Shown: positions 29,786-42,983 of the stretch, piece after piece | Numbering within the stretch: position 1 is the first letter of the stretch | How the letters are laid out: each line of letters starts with the position of its first letter | Assembly (NCBI GenBank): GCA_964016885.1 | Contig: OZ024745.1 | Span: 31,248,001 to 31,312,000, forward strand | Source of the DNA: Eledone cirrhosa | Lineage: Eukaryota | Direction: 5' to 3' | Length of the DNA: 64,000 nt | Program-made: the position numbers and the translations under genes | The notes under the pieces: generated by a model | What the model was told of the DNA's origin: nothing | What the model saw: only the letters and a program-made list of their open reading frames with translations | Database searches by the model: none

Positions 29786-30855
29786 ATCATCATCATCATC
29801 GTTTAACGTCCATCTTCCACGTTAGAATGGGTTTGGACGATAATTTTCCCACTTGAGGCATGATTGGTTGTCTTGCTCGTATAGGACTGTCTGGCGGGTT
29901 TTCTATGGCTGGATGCCTTTCCTAACACCAACCACGTTTACAGTGTGGACTGGGAGGTTTTTACCGTGTTACCTACACGGCCACATTACAGCGTGGACTG
30001 TGTGTTTTTTTGTCGTGACACCTACACGACCTCATTTATTTAGGACTGGATGTTGTGGTACCAACATAACTTAACATCGAAAGGGGGTGGTGGATGGGGT
30101 GGGGGTAGTGGGACGGGGGTGTATTTTAGTAAGAGGTGCCTACTGACTGTAGGTTTCGCTTTGCACTTAGGCAAGGCGGGTCTTCTGTATTACTGCGTAG
30201 CGCCAAAGATCTCGGTCCAGTGACATTGTCTTGGAGAGGTGTAAGTGTGTGAGGTCGGAATTTATCAAGTCGTCCCAGGTTTTTCTGGGTCTGCCTATTC
30301 CGTGACTACCGTCTATTTTGATCGCCCTGCACTTTTTTATACAGCTGTCGTCTTTCATGCGCATTACGTGACCATACCAACGTAGTTTTCTCTCGAGTAA
30401 ACAGCATCTGATCCCTCTTATTCCTAATTTCTCACTTAGTTCATTTATGCTTTGCCGTTCACGTATATTACTATTACACATCCAACGGAGCATGCAAGCT
30501 TCGTTCCTCTCCAGTCTGCGTAGGTCCTCTGCACACAATGCCCAAGTCTCACTGCCATGTAACATTGCTGTTCGTATGCAGGCATCATACAGCCTGCCTT
30601 TCATTTTTAGAGAGAAACTTTTAGCGGCCAATAGTGGTATAAGCTCTCTGAACATTTTCCATCCCATTCTGACTCTAGCTACTGTACTTTCAGAGCACCC
30701 TCCACCACTGCTGATTTTGTCACCCAGGTAATGGAAGGTGTCCACTATTTCTATAGAACCATCTGTGCAATGGAATGGGCTAGTATTCTGTGGGCACTTG
30801 CTGCTACTTATTACACCTGAGCACCGGCCACATATAAAATCTATATTCTTAGTTA
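29786..30855 (-). mobile_element. 5'-truncated RTE-clade LINE 3' end with 3' UTR and (GAT)n tail
   Basis: ORF 30167-30745 (FHYLG...LRWYGHVMRM...GRPRKTW); same family as 48259-49116. Confidence 0.9.
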
Positions 30856-31378
30856 TGTGTATAGTATCTGAAGTACTGGGGGAAGGTTGAATGAAGTTTA
30901 AAGAGCTGTTGACTCAGTAGCTGACAAAGGAATTACTTCATTGTGTGAAATGCAGGTAAACCGTATGAAGTATATGTAACAAGTGTGATGTCGCATAATA
31001 ATGATAAAGGAGACTTGGATGTGAAATATCTATAGATGTTGCAAAGAAATGAGGCGCACGTCTTGTAGCCATGTAATCATAACTTACATGAAAAGTAGAA
31101 AAGCTATTGTGAGCTAACAAAAAAGTAGGTGAGCATTAAATGCATTATCACTGAAATATGCAGGAGAGCCACCTGTGCTTAGTGAGAATGTGGCATATGT
31201 TGTTGATAAATTAGAGTGTTTATCAATTGTAAACGAAGAAAATGTATGAAGATGTTCTTAGAAATACAGATATTAAGTCTTGGAAAAGATATGAGAAATA
31301 GGTTACACAACCAACCGTGTGTTGCATAGCAGACCCATCTGAAACAACCAAACAGAAAAAATATGCTAAATAAATAAT

Positions 31379-31565
31379 TGTTTCTACTTTTGGCACAAAG
31401 CCAGCAATCACCCAGTGTATTACTGGTACTTTATTTTATCGACCCTGTAAGGATGAAAGGCAAAGTTAACCTCGGCGGGATTTGAACTCAGACCATAAAG
31501 GGCCGTAACTCTTTGCTGCAAAGCAAGGCGTCCGACCCTCTACCGATACTGCCAATCCACCGCCC
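31379..31565 (-). mobile_element. SINE family A, full length, inserted at the tail of a truncated copy (31583-31666)
   Basis: TSD tatgctaaataaataat at 31362-31378 and 31566-31582. Confidence 0.88.
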
Positions 31566-33288
31566 TATGCTAAATAAATAATTGTTTCTACTTTTGGCAC
31601 AAGGCCAGCAATTACAGTGCATTACTGGTACTTTATTTTATCGACCCCGTCAGGATGAAAGGCAAAATGATCTTAACATACACACATACATGCACAGTGG
31701 ACTCCTTGGTAATGAATCTAATTCATTCCAGACCCTATTTCATTATCACACCAATTAAAATATATGTGATTAGGAACAACCAACATCCCTTTAAAAATCA
31801 ATAAAAAACAAATTAAATGCATGGTCTTTGATAAGAGTAATTTCAGCTGTGACTACCCTGTCTCTTTTTGAGTTTATGCCTGGGATTACATTGTTTGGTG
31901 TTCTTTTGAGATAGTTGAGTGATTTGACTGTTATTTCTAGTGTATTCAATGACCATGTGGAAAATCCATCTTCAAATTTAAAAAAAAATGGAGGAGTTCC
32001 AGGTTTATTGCAGGTTGTCAATCGATCTGCTAGAAACAACAGCCAAAGATATATACATGCATACAATATTTATATTTTTGAGACAAAGATCAATATTTGT
32101 ATTAAACATATTTTTAAGAAAGTTGTCTAGACACTTTCCTAACATCAGGCAACTGACATTTAAAAAATGTAATCTATATTATAATAAGAATGTTGTCTGT
32201 CCGTCTGTTATGCTCACTTTATATAGAGAGGGTGAGCACCAAGTGAGAGAGATATACGTAGGATAAAGATACCATAACTCCTTGTGAAGTCACAGGGGCT
32301 CCGTCACACGTGCCTAGGATACTTTTAAACCTGGCTGAGCCCAACCCTCTCCAGGTCTGAACACAGCCAATTTTTTCTAGAGGAAGAATCAACCTCAGTA
32401 CTGGACTGGTACTTTTTTATCGACCTCGAAAGGATGAAATCCCGGTGGGATTTGAACTGAGCATGCAATGAGGTGGGACGAATACTGTAAAGCTTTCTAT
32501 CCAATGTCCTAATGACTCTGCCAAATCGCCGCCTACATGTACATAGATAGAGAGAGAAAAGGTAACGCTGTGTGCTTTTAAGGTGTCAGAAAGAGGTGTA
32601 GATAGACGGAAAGTGACGATGTCACCCTCATCTATCTAGAGAGATGGGGAGCGCCAAGCAAAAGAGATGTATATGAATAGAGAGAGAAAGAGTGTGACAG
32701 AAAGAGAGAGCAGACCATGCTCTGACGAGTTGAAATAAACTATGTGGGAACAATGGATGAGAAATGTTCTAAATGTGGAGCATTCAAGTAGTTGATGGAA
32801 AGATCCTTTAGGAACTCTCAGAGAAATCCTTTGTTCAATTTTGTGGTAAAGGACTGGTACTACTATTACTCATTCACCTCCTGAGATTAAATAACTGTTA
32901 AACTACTGATAAACAGAGTCAAATTTAGATCTGATAATAGGGTTTAGAACTCATAATTCAGCTTTCATAACCCTAGACATAACTGGTTCTAAATCACAAT
33001 ACATTAAGAGTGTATACACATACATTAGATGATGGTGGTGGTGTCTTCCATTGATTATCCTTACATTGAATTGCATCCACAAATCAGAAACCACAGCCAT
33101 CTGCAGTTTCCATTTACATATGATGGAAAAAAGGGAAAGGACCTTTAACTCATGATAGAGTCATAGAGGCAGTGTCATGACATATGTGTGTATCTTGGGT
33201 ATTTTATGCATGGCACCTCGTCTATCTATCATATAAATGAAGAAATATATCTATCATATATATATATCGGGATTTCTCTCCCCTTCTC

Positions 33289-33328
<40 letters not shown>

Positions 33329-35280
33329 GGAATATATAAATATATAATACAATGATATCAATAGAAAATATCAATAGTTAATCAATAGTTCAAGATGTGT
33401 GTTCACACTAGTATGTTTGTGTATAATGTCTAATTATATATATTTTATATATGTGTGTGTGTTTATATATATGTTTATACATATTTTTTCTTGCTATTAG
33501 AGAAAGCGGACAAATAGATTCATCGATAAGTTATTTTCATTTTGTATATGATAATAGTAAAAATATCAGTAAATGTGAGACTACTTATTAAAGAATTTTA
33601 CAGTTTCCTCCCTTTAACTATGTTCTGAACAGCTTCAGCTTTCATTTTCTGGTGTTTTATTAACCCCTTCTCAGAAACGTTTTCCTATTGTATATATGAA
33701 ACATGTGGTAAATAATTTCACCGAGGCTGTCCTGGCAGAAAATTAAATCAAACTCATATTTCTAAGTAAAAATATCTGAGTAATTGGTGGGTTGTTTCCA
33801 GCCATATTGGAAAATATATTGACTAAATTGATTTTCTGCAATAGATATTAGGTACAAACATGACTGTATATCATCGAGATATTTATCTCACAATCACAGG
33901 GTTTCAGGTTCAATCCCATTGCATGGCACCCTGAGCAAATATCTTTTCCCCCCATCATAGCCTTGGAATAAAACACTGCCTTGTGAGTGAAATTAAGTAG
34001 ATGGATATTGACTATATGTCCATTGTATAACTATTGTATATATCATCATCATCAAAACCATCATTTTAAGATTTGCTTTTTCATGACTACTTGGCTTAGA
34101 TGGGTCTTCTCTAAAATTTTGTGTTTCTTTGTCATCTCCATGTCATTTAGCCTCCTGTAATCAGTTTTTACCAATCCCTTTTTTATGTTTTCCTCAGTCT
34201 TACATCTTATTTTTCACTATCAGATCAAACTTGCTCGGATTTGCATACCCCCCCCCCCCCATGGCATGTGACAATCAATCTCAGTGACACCCAGTGTCGT
34301 CTGTTAACTGATAGACATATGTCATTGTAGGGCAATGAATGTGATTCTAATTCTAATCAGGGTGAGATGTGTAAAGTGCCATTAACCAGCTCTCCCTTAC
34401 TTCTCCAACAAAGTGAAATATTATTTCTCTAATGGTCTCTGATATTTTACATGACTTATATAATTTTTACTTGCCAAAATGTTCTTTCCTGAAAATACCC
34501 AAAATGGCCTGAAGCACATACATGTAGGTGCCATCCAGGATAGATGTGAACACTCCTAATGTGACCCATTACAACCTGTTGCAATGGTTGGCTTGTTGGC
34601 AACTTAACCAGTAATCTCACCAAGCAGGAGGGCAATTTTTGAACATCTTGCAAAGATGAAAAAAATCAAACCTGTCAAAAGGTAGAGAAACTCATGAGAG
34701 TCTTGGCCATCCAATAGTGTGTGGATATATATGGTGAGGGTGCTAGCTCCGAATTATAGGGTTGTGACTTTGATTCCCAGACTGCATGGTGTATAGTGTT
34801 TTTGAGCATGACACTTTATTTCATATTGCCCCAGTTCACTCAGCTGGCAACAATAAGTTGTACTTGTTATTCAAGAGGCCAGCCTTCTCACACACTGTTT
34901 CAAGCTGAATCTCCCTGAGAAATGCTCATTCACTTGCATAACTGGAGCACTAGTCCAAAACGACAGAGTTCCACCAACTACAGTAAATATATGTGCATAT
35001 TTACGTGTTTATTATTCTCACCTTGATCGTGGCAGTGGGGTTTGCATATCCCTTTGACATAAAGGACTACACCAATGGGAGTTTTATTTCCTGGCAGGTC
35101 TAACCAGGCTGAGTAGGTCTGAGACAAAGTATGAGAACCACCATCAGAAGCCATGGGAAACAACATGGTAGATGTACATTTTTGACAAAGGAACCAATTA
35201 AGCAACAATCAAAGGTGAAACACTCACAAAGATAAAAGAGGGAATTATATCAACGGCATTGACCAGAGTCACATAGTAGC

Positions 35281-35700
35281 AAAAGTGAAACACTGTCAGT
35301 ATCTTTGAACCACCAAAAGTGAAACACTGTCAGTATCTTTGAACCACCAAAAGTGAAACGCTGTCAGTATCTTTGAACCACCAAATGTGAAACAGTCAGT
35401 ATCTTTGAACCACCAAAAGTGAAACAGTCAGTATCTTTGAACCACCAAATGTGAAACACTGTCAGTATCTTTGAACCACCAAAAGTGAAACAGTCAGTAT
35501 CTTTGAACCACCAAATGTGAAACACTGTCAGTATCTTTGAACCACCAAATGTGAAACAGTCAGTATCTTTGAACCACCAAAAGTGAAACAGTCAGTATCT
35601 TTGAACCACCAAAAGTGAAACAGTCAGTATCTTTGAACCACCAAATGTGAAACACTGTCAGTATCTTTGAACCACCAAATGTGAAACACTGTCAGTATCT
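35281..35700. repeat. Minisatellite, ~12.7 units of 34/32 bp
   Basis: Unit aaa(a/t)gtgaaaca(ct)gtcagtatctttgaaccacc. Confidence 0.95.
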
Positions 35701-35720
35701 ATAGAATTGGTGATAATAAT

Positions 35721-35904
35721 TGTTTCTACTTTAGGCACAAGGCCAGCAATTACCCAGTGCATTACTGGTACTTTATTTTATCGACCCCGTAAGGATGAAA
35801 GGCAAAGTCAACCTCGGCGGGATTTGAACTCAGATCGTAAAGGGACGTAACTATGCTGGAAAGCATGGCGTCCGACCCTCTACCAATACTGCCAATCCAC
35901 CACC
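35721..35904 (-). mobile_element. SINE family A, full length
   Basis: 18-bp TSD agaattggtgataataat at 35703-35720 and 35905-35922. Confidence 0.9.
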
Positions 35905-36550
35905 AGAATTGGTGATAATAATGTCATTGAACCACCACTACTAACCTCTATAGAATTGGTCATTTTAATGTCATTTAGCCAACAAGATTTACATTCATCC
36001 TGTATCACTTGCCACGTGGTCAAACAAGAGGAGTGTACTGCTGTAATCTTGGATAACTGTCATGTCAGAAGAAAGTGGTGGGATTGTGTGTTGGTAACAG
36101 AGTAATGAAGATCATAAACAGGACTGTCACCATGGAGAGTGAGGAGCATTGGTTAGCACTGCCTTCCCCACCCTACTTTTTAATGGTATACCCTAACATT
36201 TACACTGATATGCTTCTTCTGAAACTCTGCCTTAGAAATTATTGCAGACTTAGGAGTCTTCAGCCAGAATTTTCTGAAGACAAATTCACAATAATAAATT
36301 CAAATCCAGTAACGGTCAAAACTGACTTTCATCTTTTCTGGGTTTATAAAATAATATGAAATATCTAAGGATGCACTGAGATACCAGTTCAATATTGCAG
36401 ATAGACATTGACTAGCTTAGTTTGTGAGATATGATAATTTTGTGGCATAAATAAATGAAAGCCAGTTTTCCCAGTGAGCAAACAACTGCATTGTTGGTCT
36501 ATAAACAATTTTGTTGACAAATGTATAGTATATGTGTGTAAATATATAAA

Positions 36551-36719
36551 GAAATCGAAAATACAACTAGAGTCTTTTTAAGAATATTTATCGATTTCCT
36601 TTACTGGTTTCACAGTTCTTATGCTTTTCAAAAATAGAATTTGAAAAGCATAAGGACTGTGAAACCAGTAAAGGAAATAAATAAATTCTTAAAAAGACTC
36701 CAGTTGCATTTGCGATTTC
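36551..36719. repeat. ~80-bp-arm inverted repeat of an HHR-like (U3-A8) Penelope pLTR fragment
   Basis: Arms meet at loop aatagaa (36633-36639); each arm reads outward TTGAAAA gca-taag(g/a)ac-tgt GAAAC ca GTA. Confidence 0.65.
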
Positions 36720-39159
36720 ATTTCCTTATACTTTCACCTGTGTAGGACATCTTGTTTTTTTATTTTAAAAAAACCCTCATTTTCTCATATATAAATATAT
36801 ATACACATACATGTGTTTGGATGTGAACTTGGATAATATTGATGAATATAAAGAAATGTGTACTAGTATGATATTGACTAATAGGAAGTTGAAAGTGAAG
36901 ACATACAAGATAAGAATATTTGTTTCAGAGAAAAGAACTAATCTAGAAGAATGAGTAGACTAACTAGACAATACTAAGATAAGGATTTGTGTAAACATTT
37001 TTATTGTTCCTCTCAATCATTCTTAGACCCTCACAATTTTGATAGCAACCTACCCAATTTGCTTTTGGGTTTCTGAAATAAAACCATCCATTTTAAAGGA
37101 TTCCCCGTTTAAAATAAAACTTTCTAACATAATTTTCCTTTAGTTATGTTACAAATACTATCTTAATGAAATAATTTATAATTAGAGTAAATCCTTCCAA
37201 ATTACTCATTAATTCAGATTACTGTACATTTCATTAGAAATATGATAATGAAAGGATTAAATAATGTCAATTAGAGCCACAAAATGGAGAACAAATCATG
37301 ACATTTACTTAGTATATTTTTTATTATATCACATTTTGTGACCAATAGCATTGTTGATTACAGGTTGCCAATGGACCAACCACTAGTAAAGGGGACAAGG
37401 GGATTATCTGTGTAACTCAGACAGAAGAAATATAAAAACCATTTGAAAGCACTGATTCATTGATTTTCACACTAATGTTTAAAACCTTTTTTACCATACA
37501 CATACAGCATATTGTTGGCAAATCCTTGGTTATTATAATAACAGCTTCAAACTCTTATATTATTGAAAAGTAGTTGTAACTTGTTGCTATGTTGGTAAAA
37601 TACATACACTCACAAACAACCCCCCCCCAAAAAAACTATATATATACATATAAGTGTGATGGACAAATGTCATGGCCTTTTTTTAAAGTCTGTGTTGCAT
37701 TGTCTATATAAGGGTTCCCTGAGACATGAAAACTATTTCAAGTGTTCCACAAAGGTAAACAGGTTGAGAAAAGCTGCGCTGGAGTGTTACTTTCGGATGT
37801 AGATCCGCTGTCTTGCAAAACACACAAAGACCTTGGGTAGTCGATTAGATTGATCACAATACCTAATTAGTAATTAGAAGGATGAAATGCTAATTCAATT
37901 CCAAGTGGATTTGAACTCAGAACATTAAGCATTTTATTTCGTGCTCTGAGTCATTAGAATGTTAGATAAAATGTTTTGCAGTATTGATTCCAGCTTTCAG
38001 CATTCTGAGTTAAAATCCTGTCAAAGTCAACTTTGCCTTTCATTCTTTTGAAGTCAATAAAATAAAGTACCAGTAAAGTATTGGAGCCAATTCTTCCTTC
38101 ATATCTTTTTCTCACTCTCCTACTAATGAAGAAATCTGCTGTGTTCAGACCTGGAAAGGATTAAGCTCCATCAAGATTACACTGCCCAAGTTACAGGTTC
38201 ATACATACATTTTCATGTTCTATTGATTTAACAACATGAATAAAAATCTGATATACCTGACAGAATTAGTAGCAATAACAGAAATAATATGAGTAAGCTT
38301 TTATTAATATAAGTTTCTTTTTTCTTATGGAAAAAAAGAAAAAAGAACAGAAAAAGGAAAAACTCTTAAAATTTATATATGTGCAAAGTGATGCCTTGGC
38401 CATTTTCACAAAAACATAAGTAATGTTTAGATTGGCTGTTAAAATAGTGACATGTTCAGCATGATTTGTGTGACAACTACGACAATTACATTTGAAAATA
38501 TTTATTATTTAAATTCCATGTCTTTGTGTCGTCCAACCCATGCCAGCACGAAAAACTGATGATGGTTCTTAAAGAAATTATTTGTTTAATTTTCTAAATT
38601 TAAAAATTGTTGATAAGCTCAAAATGAGCAGACCTATGATGAAAGGCCATCCAGCCACGACAATCTCACCTTATTTTCATATATTGTATGAGACCACATT
38701 ATCCAATATGTCCTTTCTAATTTAAAACTATAGAGCAGTGATAGTAAACCTTTTTCACCTGGAATGTTGAAATTTTGATTTCTTTAATGATCATGTATTT
38801 CCTTTTAAGTAAATCCTTATAGATAAGCTCTTTAGAACATATTGCAAGATTCTTTTGTTTTTAAATAAAAGTCCATCATGTTTGACAGCTGACCTGCATA
38901 TTATAGGTTTACCGTCGTTGTAGTGTATAATTTGAGGAAGATTTACTTGCTATTTCTACTGGGGTTAACAACTAGTAAGAAGTTCTATCTTATTTAAACT
39001 TTTCTTTTTTCCTGTTTGTAAATGATACTCAATTATTTTACTTTATTTACAATCCTCAGAAACATTAAATTGGCATCCATCTTTCTTTTTTTAATTGTTT
39101 GTTTGTCTGTATGTATGTATGTGACATCCAACAAGTATCCTCCACCTTCAGCTATCTTA

Positions 39160-39400
39160 CCCTCCACCTTTTGGTCCTGACAGGATGGAGAATACATTGC
39201 CCTGGAAGACAATGAGGGAGATGCATTGGAACAGCCCCTCCACCTCGCATGGCTTGCACCTACGGGCAGCCAACTCCACTCCAATAGCTGTGAGCAGGGA
39301 TGTGGTCCAGAGGCCAAGAATGCTGGAAGTCTCCACTGCTACAGGCTTTGCCACAAACCTATTAAAGAGTGGCAGATACTTGGACAATTTACCCGCTTTG
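39160..39400 (-). pseudogene. Degenerate C-terminal restriction-like endonuclease of a CRE-like non-LTR retrotransposon
   Basis: KY...RFVAKPVAVETSSILG...LLTAIG..LAARRCKPCEVEGLFQCISLIVFQGNVFSILS resembles the F.P.AVET.G..G...LFQR.S.A.QRGNA.SI motif. Confidence 0.6.
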
Positions 39401-39854
39401 GCCTAAGCTGGTAGCTTCAGAATATAATTAGATTACAAACAGTGCAATCAGAATGAAACTATATTATAAATACTGCAATTCATTTTGTCTCAAATACTTA
39501 ATATAGTTTATATAATATTAACTATATATAATACAGCTAGGAAAAAAGGGTTTTTATAACATGCCAGTGAATATAAATGAGATTCCAAGAAACAGCTACG
39601 CACATTGAGATAATGTCTTCTACCATAGTCTCGAGTTAACCAATGCCTTTTGAGATGAATTCGATTGACAGAAGCTGTGTGGAAGCCTGTTATACATACA
39701 CATGCCCACAGTTTGTCAATGAAAGGGGAATGTAGTACTCAATACGTGGTGTAGAGGATATGAATATATTGTTTATTTAAACTGAATTCGTTTTCTCACA
39801 ACTCAAGTTTTATGACATTGCAATATTCAGTGAAACTTGAGTCATGAGAGAAGC

Positions 39855-40082
39855 AACTTTACATAATGTGCAAGAATGATAGATCACAAACGAGCTGAGA
39901 GAAAAATTGTGTATAACAAGAATCAGATGTAGTGTGCAAGAAAGAACTGGGCTAGAATACATATGTAATGTATATGGAATAACAGTTGGGTAAAGAAGTG
40001 CTAAATCTTTAAATCAGATTCTAACCCAAGCTAGCATGGAAAATGGACGTTAAAAGGCGACGATAATGATGCTGATGATGAT
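39855..40082 (+). mobile_element. Old RTE 3' fragment
   Basis: ELREKL.I.RIRCSVQER-like sequence followed by tail atggaaaatggacgttaaa...gatgatg. Confidence 0.55.
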
Positions 40083-41284
40083 TGTCTTATTGTAGTCATA
40101 GATATACAAAAATATAGGATGCTCACAGCTGTTTGGTTACAGATCTGGGTTGAACTGGGGATAAGCAAGAACAATTTATTTATGATATATACTTATATTA
40201 GTCATGAGCTTGGAGGTTGATCAGGCCAGTACCTATTCCAGTTTCTGTGGCGTGAAGCAACTGACAGTACAAGACTCCTCTTGGACAGGACGCCAATCCA
40301 TCGCAAGGTTAAACCCCCAGCTATTACTGGTGCTCATTTTCAGCTAGTACATTGGACCAAGGTGACATGAAGTGTTTTGCTCACACAACATACAAGCCAG
40401 TCCATGAATCGAATTCACGACATTATGATCATAAGTTCAACAGCCTTACCACTAGGCCACGTACCTCCACATATGGTTATATACATGTGTCTTTCTACGT
40501 TTAATACATTATTGTTTTCGTTGTTTAGCTCCAAATAAGCTTGGATTGAGCAAACCTAAGATCAAAGGTTTTCCAGTCATGACCATCTTTTCATTTATTT
40601 CAGAGATTCTGTATCTAGAACTAAATTATTCAATGTGTTAATTCCTTTTTTTCTTCTTCTAAGATGTTAGGGTGTGATTTCAAGATTTTCCTACCATTTA
40701 TAGCAGAGCAGGCAACCACAAAGAGGCTTCTTTGACAACTCATTTCATTCGTTGTTAATCAATAAATGGGGTAAAAGTGAAAAACCTGTGCTAGTGTCAA
40801 TAATCAGGGTTTCAAGTGAACACCATCAAGATTAGAGCATTCATAGATGCTGACATAATGTAACACTTTCACATAATCAGAACGTTATCATATCAATGTA
40901 GACAATAGGGGATGAGAAGGCAGTGTATATATATGTCAATCACTTAATATAACCTATCTAAAATATCACTCATCATCATCATCACATTCGTTTAAATCTG
41001 CTAATACGAGTACTGACTTCAAATATATAAAACTCAAATGCTTTATATAAACTGAAATCGGAAGAGAGATAAAATCTGAAATTATAATTCACACACGCAA
41101 ATCAAAATTATATTCAAACTCTACTACTTTACTATGAAGATTTGATTCAAGCTCATATTTAAAAAGAAAATGTTTGGGATTTAATTCTACCCATCAATTT
41201 TAACCAATAACTTTCATTTATGAAGAGAAATGTTATATTAATTTGATATTTCAAACTGAAAAATTGAAACCAGATTAAGTCTGC

Positions 41285-41472
41285 CTGTTCTTGAAAAGTT
41301 CATAGGCCGACTATGGAGGATTGATGCTAGTGCTGTGAAATCTAGCATTAATTTCAACTCTGCTTATGAATAACTGCATTGTTTCTTTCCATGGACTATG
41401 TTGAAAAATAAACCTCATTTGGTCATTCCATGAGAGTATCTTAGTCGGCCTATGAACTTCTCAGCCGACTCG
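41285..41472. mobile_element. Mariner-derived MITE remnant
   Basis: Inverted aagttcataggccgacta / tagtcggcctatgaactt; right end reads TA|CGAGTCGGCTGAGAAGTTCATAGGCCGAC on minus, like mariner TIRs. Confidence 0.6.
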
Positions 41473-42149
41473 TATATAGATAAAACCAATGAACAAACAA
41501 TAACCTATATTTATAGGGAAGGGAAAATGGGATTGTGTGATATTCAGATCCTTTGTCTGAATTTCTAAACTGATTTATTTAGACTAGTGTCCTCACCTTG
41601 GTCGGTTATTATCATCACATTTCAACCATTGTACACTCTGGTCTTCTTTAGTAATGTTCATGGAATTTTGAATCAAACCCTTTATTTAAACCACGGGGAG
41701 AGGTTGTCGTCATTTCCATGTCTATTGGCTGTGACAACAGCACAATCAGAACAACCTAGTCTACTTGCAGATCAGCCATGTGTTCAACTCAGGGTTAACC
41801 AGTTTGATATCAAACTTCCTGCAGTTCTATAATACAAAGCTGTTTATATTTATCTAAAAACTTTCCATCATAATTTCATGCAAGAATCTGTGTTAAGTTA
41901 TGTACCAAACGTTAGCTTAACAATGATAAAGTTAGTTATATTACTAAATCACTCTAAATTTTCTTGATTATTTGAAACTCACAAGCAGATCTTTTATAAA
42001 AAATATGGTAAGGCAAAGGTATCTATATATACTCTTATTTAAGCAAAACAAGCAACTAATTGATACGAGTATACCTTCAGCATGGACAATGGAATAAAAA
42101 CAATCTATACTGTGGTTGGTTCAATTTGAAATGTGAACATTATATTGCA

Positions 42150-42350
42150 TCAGGCCGAGGTTAGCTTTCCCAGTCACCCTTATGGGGTCAATAAAATAAA
42201 GTACCAGTGACGAACTGAGGTCAATTTAATCAACAAAAAATTACTGGCCTTGTGCCTAAAGTAGAAATCATTATATCAATTACACTAGTAATAAAGTACC
42301 AGTAATGCACTGAGTAATTGCTGGCCTTGTGCCTAAAGTAGAAATCATTA
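42150..42350 (+). mobile_element. Two truncated SINE family A 3' parts in tandem
   Basis: Both end tggccttgtgcctaaagtagaaatc followed by attatatcaattacactag. Confidence 0.7.
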
Positions 42351-42856
42351 TATCAATTACACTAGGCACTTGAAAAAAGTCAGAGGATAAAATGGCTGAA
42401 GAATTGTGATTATAAAGAACGAAAGTGCACTAATCCGAATACAGTAATTTATAATCAAGAATATTTAACAATATAAGTTAAGAAACCAAAACTAGGTTGT
42501 ACTCCAGAGTTTGACTGGGAGTTAACCTCAACTCTACAACAATTTAAAAATATAACATTAATATATATTTAAAATTATTTACTTACGTTGTGATTTAAAT
42601 TTTAATGGAATAGCTGTTCCTAATGGAAACAATTCCATTACGAAATTTATTCTAAATCTATATATTCTCATGTCTGTCAGTTTGTACTTTATATGTATTT
42701 TGCCTAAAATAACTTTCAACGAATTTCGTAGACTAGATTCTTCAAGACAAAATAATATTTCATTTGACATAAATTGGTAAAGAAAAAGTCATTTGTAGCC
42801 ATTAATAAAGAAAGAATGCTAGTGATCAATGGGTAAAATTCTTTTCTAAGTTTTTA

Positions 42857-42983
42857 CGTGTTTTCAACGATTCTGACCTCCAAACCTATCGGAAATTACT
42901 CGTTTTTATTTATTTAATTCTTTTTTTTAAATGGAAACGAATCATTTCCGACGGATTTGGAGGTCAGAATCGTTGAAAACACG
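42857..42983. repeat. Inverted repeat, ~49-bp arms (28 bp perfect), possible MITE core
   Basis: cgtgttttcaacgattctgacctccaaa / tttggaggtcagaatcgttgaaaacacg. Confidence 0.8.

Noticed and set aside
35281-35700. CRISPR-like periodic repeat
   Set aside because: Units are contiguous with no unique spacers; eukaryotic context; no cas genes
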